In this document: piece after piece, positions 53,297 through 64,000 of the stretch
Layout of the letters: each line of letters starts with the position of its first letter
Numbering within the stretch: position 1 is the first letter of the stretch
Source of the DNA: Octopus vulgaris
Lineage: Eukaryota
Direction: 5' to 3'
Assembly: GCA_951406725.2 (NCBI GenBank)
Contig: OX597816.1
Location: 9,300,001 to 9,364,000, forward strand
DNA: 64,000 bases
Notes under the pieces: model-generated
Told to the model about the DNA's origin: nothing
Seen by the model: the letters and a program-made list of their open reading frames with translations, nothing else
Database searches by the model: none
Position numbers and translations under genes: made by a program

Positions 53297-53816
53297 TGCA
53301 TACCTTCACTTCTTGGGACACAAAACTCTACTTGTGAAGACCTGTTGAGGCAAGTGAGGATCAGAATCGAAATCGATCAACGGAAATTGCAGCTGAGTTA
53401 CCAGTGCCGATGGCACGTAAGAGAACCATCCGTTCATGACCATTGCCAGTGCCGCCCCGACTGGCCTCGTGCCGGTAAAAGCACCATCCGTTTGTGTCCA
53501 TTGCCAGCCTCGCCTGGCTCCCGTGCCGGTGGCACGTAAAAGCACCATCTGTTCGTGTCCATTGCCAGCCTTGCCTGGACCCCGTGCCGGTGGCATGTAA
53601 AAGCACCATCCATTTGTGGCCGTTTGCCAGCTCCGTCTGGCACCTGTGCGGGTGGCACGTAAAAAGCACCCACTACACTCACGGAGTGGTTGGCGTTAGG
53701 AAGGGCATCCAGCCGTAGAAACACTGCCAGATCAGACTGGGCCTGATGCAGCCTTCTGGCTTCACAGACCCCAGTTGAACCGTCCAACCCATGCTAGCAT
53801 GGAAAGCGGACGCTAA

Positions 53817-53860
<44 letters not shown>
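53297..53860 (+). mobile_element. 5'-truncated RTE 3'UTR with five tandem ~61-bp modules
   Basis: Starts with tgcataccttc...gaagacctgttgaggcaagtga, shared with the LINE 3'UTR at 62860-62920; (GAT)n tail. Confidence 0.9.
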
Positions 53861-53861
<1 letters not shown>

Positions 53862-54789
53862 AGTAAGATTGGTGTCTTCCTCATCTTGGTTGTTGCTTTT
53901 ACTAGGTTTTGGCTGTTGTATCCTCCAGCCTTCTTCAGATGTCTTGTGTTAAAAATTCCCTCTGTCACTGCCTATAGGCATGGCATAGTAGATAAAGACA
54001 TTGGTTAATGCTGTGCACTCACCTAAAGGTTCTGAGTTCAATCTCAAGCAAGACACTAAGGTAATTCACAAAAACAAAATCAACTGAAGCAAAAATGTCA
54101 TGATGCATAGAGAGCAGATTGAGAATAGAGTGCCTCCAATGATCAAATAAAGAGTTAGGTTTGAAATTCCAATACAACTGAGTTTAACACAAAACACCTG
54201 AAGAAAGCTGGAATGTACAACAACCAAAATGTAGTGAAAGCAACTATCAAGATGAGAACACCAGTTCAACTAATATAACCAGTATACATAGTATTCCAAC
54301 TAACTGGAGATGAGTCCATTTTATCTGAGCAGGAATTTAAGTTTGTTTTTTTTACAGAGTCAGTTACTGGTTAAAAAATTCAACAGTTTCAGTAAGAACC
54401 ACATCCTTGAACAAAACACATTCTATGTTCATAGCTGCTGAGTCTAAAGGTAAGAGCAGAGTTCATAACCCTTGTAAACCTTCCAACTGGGGACCATAAA
54501 ACCCTTGGGGTTTCTTATAAGATTTTGTTGTTAAAATTTATCTACAATGAATTGGTTATATTTCTATAATACTCGAAATATTTTAACAATTTTTTTTATA
54601 CAATTCCCAATAATATTTAATTATAAAAATATAATGCAGCTTCTGAAAACTTCAAATGGCTATAAGGGTCCAGTAGAGTAAAATAGGAACTAAAGGGGTT
54701 CACAGGCAAAAAAAAAAAAAAGGCTGAGAGCCACTGATTTAAACCATTGCAGATCAACACATACAGGAAAAAACATGAGAAAGGGGAAA

Positions 54790-55080
54790 ATCCCTGAGTG
54801 TAGTGGCCAGTGCAGGGAAAGGAGGTCGGAAACACCAAGATGGAAAGATGAGTGGGCCGAAGGGGTCTAAATGGTAGAGGTGCAAGATCAGTTAGTTTCA
54901 TGAAGCAGCGATAGAAGACAGAGAGCAGAGACAGTATGCATATAATCAGAGGCTGGAGTGTGTCTGTTGGAGATGAAACACCAATCATCTGTGTGGCTCT
55001 TCTCTGGATGTAGTTCAGAAAGTCAATGTGCATAACAGCCGATATAGGTATAGTAGCACTCCATTTGGATTTCACTTGAA
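54790..55080 (-). mobile_element. Decayed non-LTR retrotransposon ORF2 C-terminal remnant (CR1/L2/Jockey group)
   Basis: LNYIQRRATQMIG...LQPL...LSVFYRCF resembles L..IQRRA.R.I....LQPL.HRR.VASL..FYRY. Confidence 0.55.
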
Positions 55081-55190
55081 TTTCTAAACCCCTTTCATGA
55101 AATAATACTTCTGATGAAATGTTTGATGCAAGCAAAAAAGAGAAAAGAAACTGACAATATATCTTCTAGAAATTATATTTTAACAATTGA

Positions 55191-55573
55191 CTAGCAGTAT
55201 CGCCCGGTGTTACTCGGGTTTGTAAGGGAAATAACTATAAAGCATTTTTAGAGAGTTATAGCCAAAAAATAGCAAAAAATGGAAAAAAAAATGATGGTAA
55301 ATTTTTTTGAGAGTTAAAAAGGTCGAGTTGCGTCCCCTAGACAGTCTGTGGTTTGTGTTTCTGATTCTCGACCCCATGTCGAATTTATCGATTTTTTTCA
55401 GAACTGGGGGAACTTTTCAAAATTTTTGCTGCGTTAGTTTTGAATTATGACATTGGGCTATGTGTGTGTCAAGTTTCATCAGAATCGGTTGAAAGCCGTG
55501 GTCAGGGTGAGGGTACAACCTAACAGACACACAGACACGCAGACAGACAAACTGCCGTTTATATAGAGAGAGA
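55191..55573 (-). mobile_element. Non-autonomous Helitron (383 bp)
   Basis: Minus strand A|TC start, CCCG-AGTAACAC-CGGG hairpin, CTAG|T end; 3' ~120 bp shared with 49698-50099. Confidence 0.9.
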
Positions 55574-56827
55574 TTCCTATATTAAATTACTTTAGTCCTT
55601 TGGTTTGTGTTAGCCAAACCAAAAGTTAGGGCTTTGCTAGAATACTATTCTCAAAAGTTTCAATGGTTTCTATGGATCTAGCCATTTAAGATACCAGGTT
55701 AGGAAAATAATGAAGTATTAGTGGTTTCAAATTTTGGCAAAATGCCAGCGTTTTGGGGTAGAGGCTTAGTAAATTAAATCAACCCCAGTGTTCAACTGGT
55801 ACTTATTTTATCAACTTTGAAAGGATGAAAGACAAAGTTGAGATCAGCAGAATTTGAACTCAGAGTGTAAAGAGTTCTAATAAATGGTAATAATGAAAAC
55901 TACATAAAGTTACAAACTGCAGCAATCTTTATATGGTTGCTTAAACTGCTAGAAGTAGCAACCAAATTATCTCATATTAAGCCCTAGCATCTTAAAAAAG
56001 GTGGGATGCATTGGACAGTGCAGTCATAGATGTACAAAGAAACAGGGTGATCATAAACACCTTTGATCATAGTTCTGCTCAATAAGAATTAATTTAGGGT
56101 TAATCAACAACATCAATAGTAATGTATTAACTGAGGTAAATATATCTGAGAGCTGCTTCTTTGTACCTACACTTCTTGTCACTTAACCAAATTGCAATAT
56201 CTGCACACATCAGTAGAATAATTTAAAATGAGTGATGATAACAATTTCGCTAACTTCTTTAGATGGAATTAATACAATTTTAAAAGTGTTAGAATTTACT
56301 AAAGTAAATTTGGTCTGAATCTGTCCTTAAAATTTAATAAATGCAACCACATTCTATGAAGATAACTAAATTGAATCAAACAAATAGCCCCATTATTGTC
56401 ACAGGAGTATTTCTAAACCATAATCTCATTAAGAATTAATTGCTATATCTTTTACAAGAATATAACTGTATCTGTATCTCTATAGTACAACACGAAATGT
56501 AATTGAGATAAGAGATAAGAGTAAACAGAATTCGACAAATACAGATTAAAAATAACAGAAACCTAATTTGAAAGGCAACAGCCCAACATTGTTATTTTCA
56601 CAGCAACTAAATCAGTCAAAACAAGAATGAATCTTGGAACTCGAGTCTGCTAGAATTTATCAGCAGAAACTTTAATGAATAAAGAAAAATATTATCCTGT
56701 AAGATTTCTAATCTATTGCTAAATATGCTTCTATTATTTATCCGCTGTTTGTTGCAGAAATAAACTTTTGCCTCCCTGCACCATATATCTATCTATCTGT
56801 CTATCTATTTATTTTCTAATAGTATGT

Positions 56828-56868
<41 letters not shown>

Positions 56869-57118
56869 TAATTCAGATAATTACTTCCAGAAAGAGCTTA
56901 AAGTGCTTGTAGTATATAAGATATATATATATATTGATGATGATGATGATGATGATGATGATATAAGTACTAGAATATTATGGCTACTGTCTAAGGAAAT
57001 AAGATGCTTTGATAAAGTTATAAATAAGCAGTATATTTTGGACAAACATTGAGTTGATTGTATACACAAAATAATACTGACATATGTTTAGATAATAGAT
57101 AATTCACCAATGAGTGTG

Positions 57119-57216
<98 letters not shown>

Positions 57217-57232
57217 AATAATAGTAATAATG

Positions 57233-57263
<31 letters not shown>

Positions 57264-57318
57264 TGATAATAATAATAATAATAATAATAATGATGATAAT
57301 AATAATAATAATAATAAT
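57119..57318. repeat. (AAT)n microsatellite with GAT interruptions
   Basis: Direct reading. Confidence 0.98.
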
Positions 57319-58672
57319 ATATATCAACACAAAATTTACTTATTTGACATTGTTGCACTATTTATATACATAGAAAGTAGGTTTAGTTTGGCCAAATTGT
57401 TAAGAAGTTTGTTTCAGAACCATGAAGTTGTGGATTCAATCCTACTGCCTAGCATTTTGGGCAAATACTTCGTGAGTGAAATTAGGCAGATGGAAACTGT
57501 ACAGAAGCCTTCCAGGTTGATTGTAATTCAAAAGTACAGCCTTGTAATACACTGTTTCACACTGATTCTGTCAGACAATTCCATTAAGGATACACATTTC
57601 TGTGTAACCTTAATGGAATATTTACATTAATTCAGGAGCAGATAATTTCGTTGATTGAACAACTGAATCTTCATCCTCAAATAATAGAGATTCTCTATCA
57701 CCATAGACAGGAAAACTATTACTTTAAACATGTGAAGATTATTGTCAAAGTTTACCATATTATAATATTTATTTCTTACTTAGGGCAGTGAGAAAAATGC
57801 TTAGCTGCATTTCATCTGTCTTCATGCTCTGAAGTTCAAATTCCGCTGACATCAACTTTCCCTTTCATCCTTTTGGAGTTGATAAAATAAGTATTGGTTG
57901 AGCGCTGGGGTTGATTTAATTCACTTACTTCTCCACCCCCGAAATTGTTGGCCTTGTGCCAAAAATTGAAACCAATATTTATTTTTTACTTAGGTACAAA
58001 GTCACATTTATAGAGTAAGAAGAATGAGATGATGTAATGTTCATAAGATACCTCTAAGATTATTAGTAGCATACATGAATGAAATACTACCCAAATAAAA
58101 TAATTGGCTGCTCATGTTTTTCCTTTTCTTTCATCTTATCCCTTTCTTCATCCCAGTTGCAAGCAAACCACCACCCTTGCCACTGCTACTATTTAACATC
58201 CACTTTGTTTTATGCTTACATAGGTAAAAGAGAATTTGTTGAAGTAGATTTTACTACATCTGAATACCTTTCTTGACACTGACCCTCACCTGTTTGCAAG
58301 CAAGGTAATATTTCCCTGTGACCTGAAGGATTGGAAATGAAAAGTGAGATGGTGAGATTTTGTGTTTTTGACAATCACATGCTGTCAAGACAAGGTTGCC
58401 CATAAACACACACGTGCATGTGTACAACAAATTTCTTCACAAAGCTATAACCCAGGGTTATAGTTGAAGACGCTTGCTCAAGGTGCCATGCAGTGGGATT
58501 GAACCTGAAACCATGTAGTTTGGAAGCAAACTTGTTAACTACAAACCGAGGCAGATAAGTTTTAGTGCCCTTAATATATTACAAGGACCTATTAAAATAT
58601 GATGATTAAATTTTACTCATAAACAGTATTCAAGTAAATATTCCCCTACTCCCTGATAATGATATTGGTATA

Positions 58673-59098
58673 CTCTTTTACTCTTTTACTTGTTTCGGTC
58701 ATTTGACGTCGACCATGCTGGAGCACCGCCTTTAGTCGAGCAAATCGACCCCGGGACTTATTCTTTGTAAGCCTAGTACTTATTCTATCGGTCTCTTTTG
58801 CTGAACCGCTAAGTGACTGGGACGTAAACACACCAGCATCGGTTGTCAAGCAATGCTAGGGGAACAAACACACACACAAACATATACACACACACAAACA
58901 TATACACACACACTTATATATATATACATATATACGACAGGCTTCTTTCAGTTTCCGTCTACCAAATCCACTCACAAGGCATTGGTCGGCCCAGGGCTAT
59001 AGCAGAAGACACTTGCCCAAGATGCCACGCAGTGGGACTGAACCCGGAAACATGTGGTTGGTAAGCAAGCTACTTACCACACAGCCACTCCTGCGCCT
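58673..59098 (-). mobile_element. SINE family B (young)
   Basis: Full-length reverse-complement match; short ggtata TSD. Confidence 0.92.
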
Positions 59099-59531
59099 GG
59101 TATATTTAATTAAAACATATACCCTCCAATGCTTCGTTGTTTCATACAAGTAAAGTTCTCATATCTAAGATAATTTACCTTTCAAATTAATAAAAGCGAT
59201 TAATAAAATTTTGAATTACAGAATTCAAGCCGAGCTTATTCAAGATAAATTTTTAAAATGCATATCAAACTGATTAAAATAGTTTATATTTATATTTAAA
59301 ATAATACAATTGCTTCATATCCAGATATGAAGAAGTAAAAGATTGTTGATTACATTTGGAAATTAAAGGAAATGAGAGTTTTTTTTTGTTTTTTAAAGAA
59401 TTCCTTTATGGGAGTGAATAGCTTTAAAGAAATGGACAGAGCAATAAATTTTAATTGAGAATTATGATAAGAGAAACTTGATGAAGGCTGATTACAATCA
59501 CTTAATTATTCAACAACATGTTTGTATATAA

Positions 59532-59928
59532 GTGGAGGCGCAATGGCCCAGTGGTTAGGGCAGCGGACTCGCGGTAATAGGATCGCGGTTTCGATTCCCA
59601 GACCGGGCGTTGTGAGTGTTTATTGAGCGAAAACACCTAAAGCTCCACGAGGTTCTGGCAGAGGATGGTGGTGATCCCTGCTGTACTCTTTCACCACAAC
59701 TTTCTCTCACTCTTACTTCCTGTTTTGGTTGTACCTATATTTCAAAGGGCTGGCCTTGTCACTCTCTGTGTCATGTTGAATATCCCCGAGAACTACGTTA
59801 AGGGTACACGTGTCTGTGGAGTGCTCAGCCACTTACACGTTAATTTCACGAGCAGGCTGTTCCGTTGATTCAGATCAACCGGAACCCTCGTCGTCGTAAC
59901 CGACGGAGTGCTTCCATCCATCCATCCA
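59532..59928 (+). mobile_element. Full-length tRNA-derived SINE family A
   Basis: tRNA-like head with A box TGGCCCAGTGG and B box GTTTCGATTCC, ~320-bp body, (TCCA)n tail. Confidence 0.9.
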
Positions 59929-60404
59929 TGTATATAAGTGTGTGTCTTTGTGTCTGTGCTTGTCCCCCATCACTGTTTGACAACTGGTCTTGGTGTATTT
60001 ATATTCTTGTCACTTAACAGTTTGGCAAAAGAGACTGAGGGGTTTTAGATTTTGGCACAAGGCCAGCAATTTTGGGATCACATCGGCCACAGTGTTCAAC
60101 TGTATTGCAACAATAACCACTGCTGCTAATTTAGGCACAAGGCCATCAATTTTCAAGGGAAAGAGGCAATCAATACCACTGATCTATGTAAAAAGAACGA
60201 AATTTGTAGGAAGGAATGAAATTTGTGGAAAGACTGACTTTAGTTCTTAGACTGACTGTTTTTTTATTTTTAAAGGTTGAAAGGCAAAGTTAACGACTGT
60301 GAGAGTTGAAAACAGAATGTGAGGGGCAGTTATTGCAAAGCATTGTGTTTGGTGCTCTAATGATTCTGCTGGCTTGTCGCCTTAATAATAATAATAATAA
60401 TAAC

Positions 60405-60452
<48 letters not shown>

Positions 60453-60619
60453 CATCATCATCATCATCATCATTTAGCGTCCGTTTTCCATGCTAGCATG
60501 GGTTGGACGGTTCAACTGGGGTCTGGGGAGCCCGAAGGCTGCACCAGGCCAGTCAGATCTGGCAGTGTTTCTACAGCTGGATGCCCTTCCTAACGCCAAC
60601 CACTCCGAGAGTGTAGTGG

Positions 60620-62990
60620 GTGATTTTATGTGCCACCGACACAGGTGCCAGTCGAGGCTGGCGAACGGCCACGCTCGGATGGTGTTTTTATGTGCCACCG
60701 ACACAGGTGCCAGTCGAGGCTGGCGAACGGCCACGCTCGGATGGTGTTTTTATGTGCCACCGACACAGGTGCCAGATGAGGCTGGCGGACGGCCACGATC
60801 GGATGGTGTTTGTTACGTCCCCAAAGCACGGAGGCCAGTCTATGCGGTACTGGCTACGGCCACGTTCGGATGATTTTCTTGTGTGCCACCGGCGCTGGTA
60901 CCACAAAGATACAAATTCCATTGATGTTCATCTATTTTGATTTGATTTTCACTTGCCTCAACAGGTCTTCACAATTGTCACAAGAAGGAAGGTATGCACA
61001 GGTGGACTGACAACATCCCAGGCAGGGGCCACGGGTTATGGCCTGACTAGTCTTGCCGGGTCTTCGGATGGTGTTTTTATGTGCCACCGACACAGGTGCC
61101 AGATGAGGCTGGCAAACGTCCACGATCGGATGGTGTTTGTTGCGTGCCCACAGCACGGAGGCCAGTCGATGCGGCACTGGCCACGGCCACGTTCGGATGG
61201 TTTTCCTGTGTGCCACCGGCCCTGGTACCACAAAGACACAAATTCCATTGATGTACATCTATTTTGACTTGATTTGATTTGATTTTCACTTGCCTCAACA
61301 GGTCTTCACAAGTGTCACAAGAAGGAAGGAAGGTATGCACAGGTGGACTGACTACGTCCCAAGTAGGGGCCACGGGTTATGGCCTGACTAGTCTTGCCGG
61401 GTCTTCGGTTGGTGTTTTTATGTGCCACCGACACAGGTGCCAGATGAGGCTGGCGGACGGCCACAATCGGATGGTGTTTGTTATGTGCCCACATCATCAC
61501 AGAGGCCAGTCGATGTGGTACTGGCTACGGCCACGTTCGGATGGTTTTCTTGTGTGCCACCGGTACTGGTACCACAAAGATACAAATTCCATTGATGTTC
61601 ATCTATTTTGATTTGGTATGATTTGATTTGATTTGATTTGATTTGATTTTGATTTTCACTTGCCTCAACAGGTCTATACAAGTGTCACACACTTGCCTCA
61701 ACAGGTCTTCACAAGTGTCATAAGTAGGGAGGTATGCACAGGTGGACTGACTACGTCGCCGGGACTTCGGATGGTGTTTTTATGTGCCACCGACACAGGT
61801 GCCAGATGAGGCTGGCGAACGGCCACGATCGGATGGTTTTCTTGTGTGCCACCGGTACTGGAACCACAAAGATACAAATTCCATTGATGTTCATCTATTT
61901 TGATTTGGTTTGATTTGATTTGATTTTCACTTGCCTCAACAGGTCTTCACAAGTGTCACACCCTTGCCTCTGCCTCAACAGGTCTTCACAAGTGTCACAC
62001 CCTTGCCTCTGCCTCAACAGGTCTTCACAAAGTGTCGCACACTTGCCTCTGCCTCAACAGGTCTTCACAAGTGTCACACACTTGCCTCAACAGGTCTTCA
62101 CAAGTGTCATAAGAGGGAAGGTATGCACAGGTGAACTGACTACGTCGCCGGGTCTTCGGATGGTGTTTTTTGCCTCAACAGGTCTCCACAAGTGTCACAC
62201 CCTTGCCTCTGCCTCAACAGGTCTTCACAAAGTGTCACACACTTGCCTCTGCCTCAACAGGTCTTCACAAGTGTCACACACTTGCCTCAACAGGTCTTCA
62301 CAAGTGTCATAAGAGGGAAGGTATGCACAGGTGAACTGACTACGTCGCCGGGTCTTCGGATGGTGTTTTTATGTGCCACCGACACAGGTGCCAGATGAGG
62401 CTGGCGAACGGCCACGATCAGATGGTGTTTGTTGTGCCCACAGCACGGGGGCCAGTCGATGCGGTACTGGCTACGGCCACGTTCGGATGGTTTTCTTGTG
62501 TGCCACCGGTACTGGAACCACAAAGATACAAATTCCATTGATGTTCATCTATTTTGATTTGGTTTGATTTTCACTTGCCTCAACAGGTCTTCACAAGTGT
62601 CATAAGAGGGAAGGTATGCACAGGTGGACTGACTACGTCGCCGGGTCTTCGGATGGTGTCTTTATGTGCCACCGACACAGGTGCCAGGTGAGGCTGGCGA
62701 ACGGCCACGATCGGATGGTGTTTGTTGTGCCCACAGCACGGAGGCCAGTCGATGCGGTACTGGCTACGGCCACGTTTGGGTGGTTTTCTTGTGTGCCACC
62801 GGCACTGGTACCACAAAGAATACAATTCCACTGATGTTCATCTATTTTGATTTGTTTTGATTTGATTTTCACTTGCCTCAACAGGTCTTCATAAGTGTCT
62901 CAAGAAGGAAGCTATGCACAGGAGGACTGACTACGTCCCAGGTAGGGGCCATGTGTTATGGCCTGACTAGTCTTGTCTTGCCGGGTCTTC
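60620..62990 (-). repeat. Nested higher-order tandem array forming the RTE 3'UTR
   Basis: Higher-order units start at 60754, 61081, 61422, 61784, 62373 and 62666. They are built of ~61-bp modules, (GATTT)n and 30-37-bp subrepeats. Confidence 0.95.
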
Positions 62991-64000
62991 TCACGCACAG
63001 CATACTTCCATAGGTCTCGGTCTCTAGACATTTCCTTAGTGAGACCTAAAGTTCGAAGGTCGTGCTTCACCACCTCGTCCCAGGTTTTCCTGGGTCTACC
63101 TCTTCCACAGGTTCCCTCAACCGCTAGGGTGTAGCACTTTTGCACACAACTATCTTCAGCCTTTCTCGTCACATGACCATACCAGCGCAGCCGTCTCTCT
63201 TGCACACCACAACTGACGCTTCTTAGGTTCAACTTTTCTCTCAAGGAACTTACACTCTGACGATTATGAACACTGACATTACACATCCATCGGAGCATAC
63301 TGGCTTCATTTCTTGCGAGCTTACGCATATCCTCAGCAGTCACGGCCCATGTTTCACTACCATGTAGCATGGCTGTACGTACACATGCATCATACAGTCT
63401 GCCTTTTACTCTGAGCGAGAGGCCTTTTGTCACCAGCAGGGGTAAGAGCTCTCTAAACTTTGCCCAGGCTATTCTTACTCTAACAGTTACACTTTCAGCA
63501 CACCCACCCCCGCTACTGACTTGGTCTCCTAGGTAGCGGAAGCTATCAACTACTTCTAGTTTGTCTCCCTGGAACGTGGCAGAAGTTGGTCTCTGCACAT
63601 TTCCAGTGTTTATTGCTCCTGAGCATTTGCCACAGACAAAAACTATTTTCCTAGTTAGCCTTCCTTTGACATTGCTGCACCTCTTATGTGTCCATAGCTT
63701 ACACTTGGTGCATCTTATAGAGTTTCTACCTACACCTTTTTTACAGATCGAGCAGGGCCATCTACCTGAAGGCGTTTGTGATTGATCTACCTTCCTACTT
63801 ATTAGGACTTTGGTTTTGGCTAGGTTGATTCTAAGGCCCTTCGATTCTAATCCTTGTTTCCACACCTGAAACTTCTCCTCTAGTTCTGATAGTGACTCAG
63901 CAATTAGAGCAAGGTCATCAGCATAGAGGAGCTCCCAGGGGCAACCTGTCTTGAATTCCTCCGTTATTGCCTGGAGGACTATGATAAATAGGAGGGGACT
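62912..64000 (-). CDS. RTE LINE ORF, C-terminal part (reverse transcriptase with inserted PHD finger); 5' incomplete
   Basis: Open from the window edge: SPLLFIIVL...ELLYADDL (YADD at 63914-63925)...GLRINLAKTKVL...FRYLG...HGSETW...RRLRWYGHV...GRGRPRKTW. The last three are RTE hallmarks. Confidence 0.95.
   Translation of the reverse strand, partial: SPLLFIIVLQAITEEFKTGCPWELLYADDLALIAESLSELEEKFQVWKQGLESKGLRINLAKTKVLISRKVDQSQTPSGRWPCSICKKGVGRNSIRCTKCKLWTHKRCSNVKGRLTRKIVFVCGKCSGAINTGNVQRPTSATFQGDKLEVVDSFRYLGDQVSSGGGCAESVTVRVRIAWAKFRELLPLLVTKGLSLRVKGRLYDACVRTAMLHGSETWAVTAEDMRKLARNEASMLRWMCNVSVHNRQSVSSLREKLNLRSVSCGVQERRLRWYGHVTRKAEDSCVQKCYTLAVEGTCGRGRPRKTWDEVVKHDLRTLGLTKEMSRDRDLWKYAVREKTRQDKTSQAITHGPYLGRSQSSCA

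Larger units (their letters stand above)
60451..64000 (-). mobile_element. Young RTE-clade LINE (continues beyond the window), sense to the host gene
   Basis: Uninterrupted RT/C-terminal ORF, long repetitive 3'UTR, and a (GAT)n tail abutting an (AAT)n tract. Confidence 0.95.

Noticed and set aside
59532-59607. Possible functional tRNA gene
   Set aside because: It is the head of a dispersed SINE that continues into a ~320-bp body; no clean cloverleaf with a following terminator.
60620-62990. CRISPR-like appearance (conserved palindromic repeat with intervening sequence next to an RT)
   Set aside because: The intervening segments are homologous to each other rather than unique spacers, there are no cas genes, and the context is a eukaryotic LINE 3'UTR.

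Overview
AT-rich, repeat-dense eukaryotic (animal) genomic DNA. The SINE/LINE repertoire and microsatellite load suggest an octopus or other coleoid cephalopod, which is an inference and not a database result. The whole window lies inside one minus-strand gene encoding a voltage-gated calcium channel alpha-2/delta subunit (CACNA2D family). Five GT-AG exons with compatible phases can be read: 39143-39084, 30608-30425, 30334-30203, 27495-27432 and 497-347. Together they give 591 nt/197 aa, covering the N-terminal dCache region into the VWA domain with its DSSGS MIDAS motif. No further upstream exon was recognised in 39144-64000. The introns hold three SINE families, many RTE-LINE 3' ends, a young RTE LINE at the right edge, a full-length decayed mariner, two non-autonomous Helitrons, hAT- and piggyBac-type MITEs, and CR1, R4/Dong and Penelope-like remnants. 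Highlights: (1) type-I hammerhead ribozyme cores in Penelope-like fragments, one inside a 57-bp-arm palindrome; (2) an RTE with a PHD finger inside its RT domain and a 2.4-kb 3'UTR of nested arrays of a pseudoknot-like module; (3) gene-level oddities, namely a CAA(Q) codon at the conserved ligand-binding Arg, a stop-free 90-nt in-frame intron, and a phase-matched candidate 4-nt microexon. Most ORFs in the supplied track are microsatellite or repeat artefacts. Coordinates of degenerate repeats are approximate.
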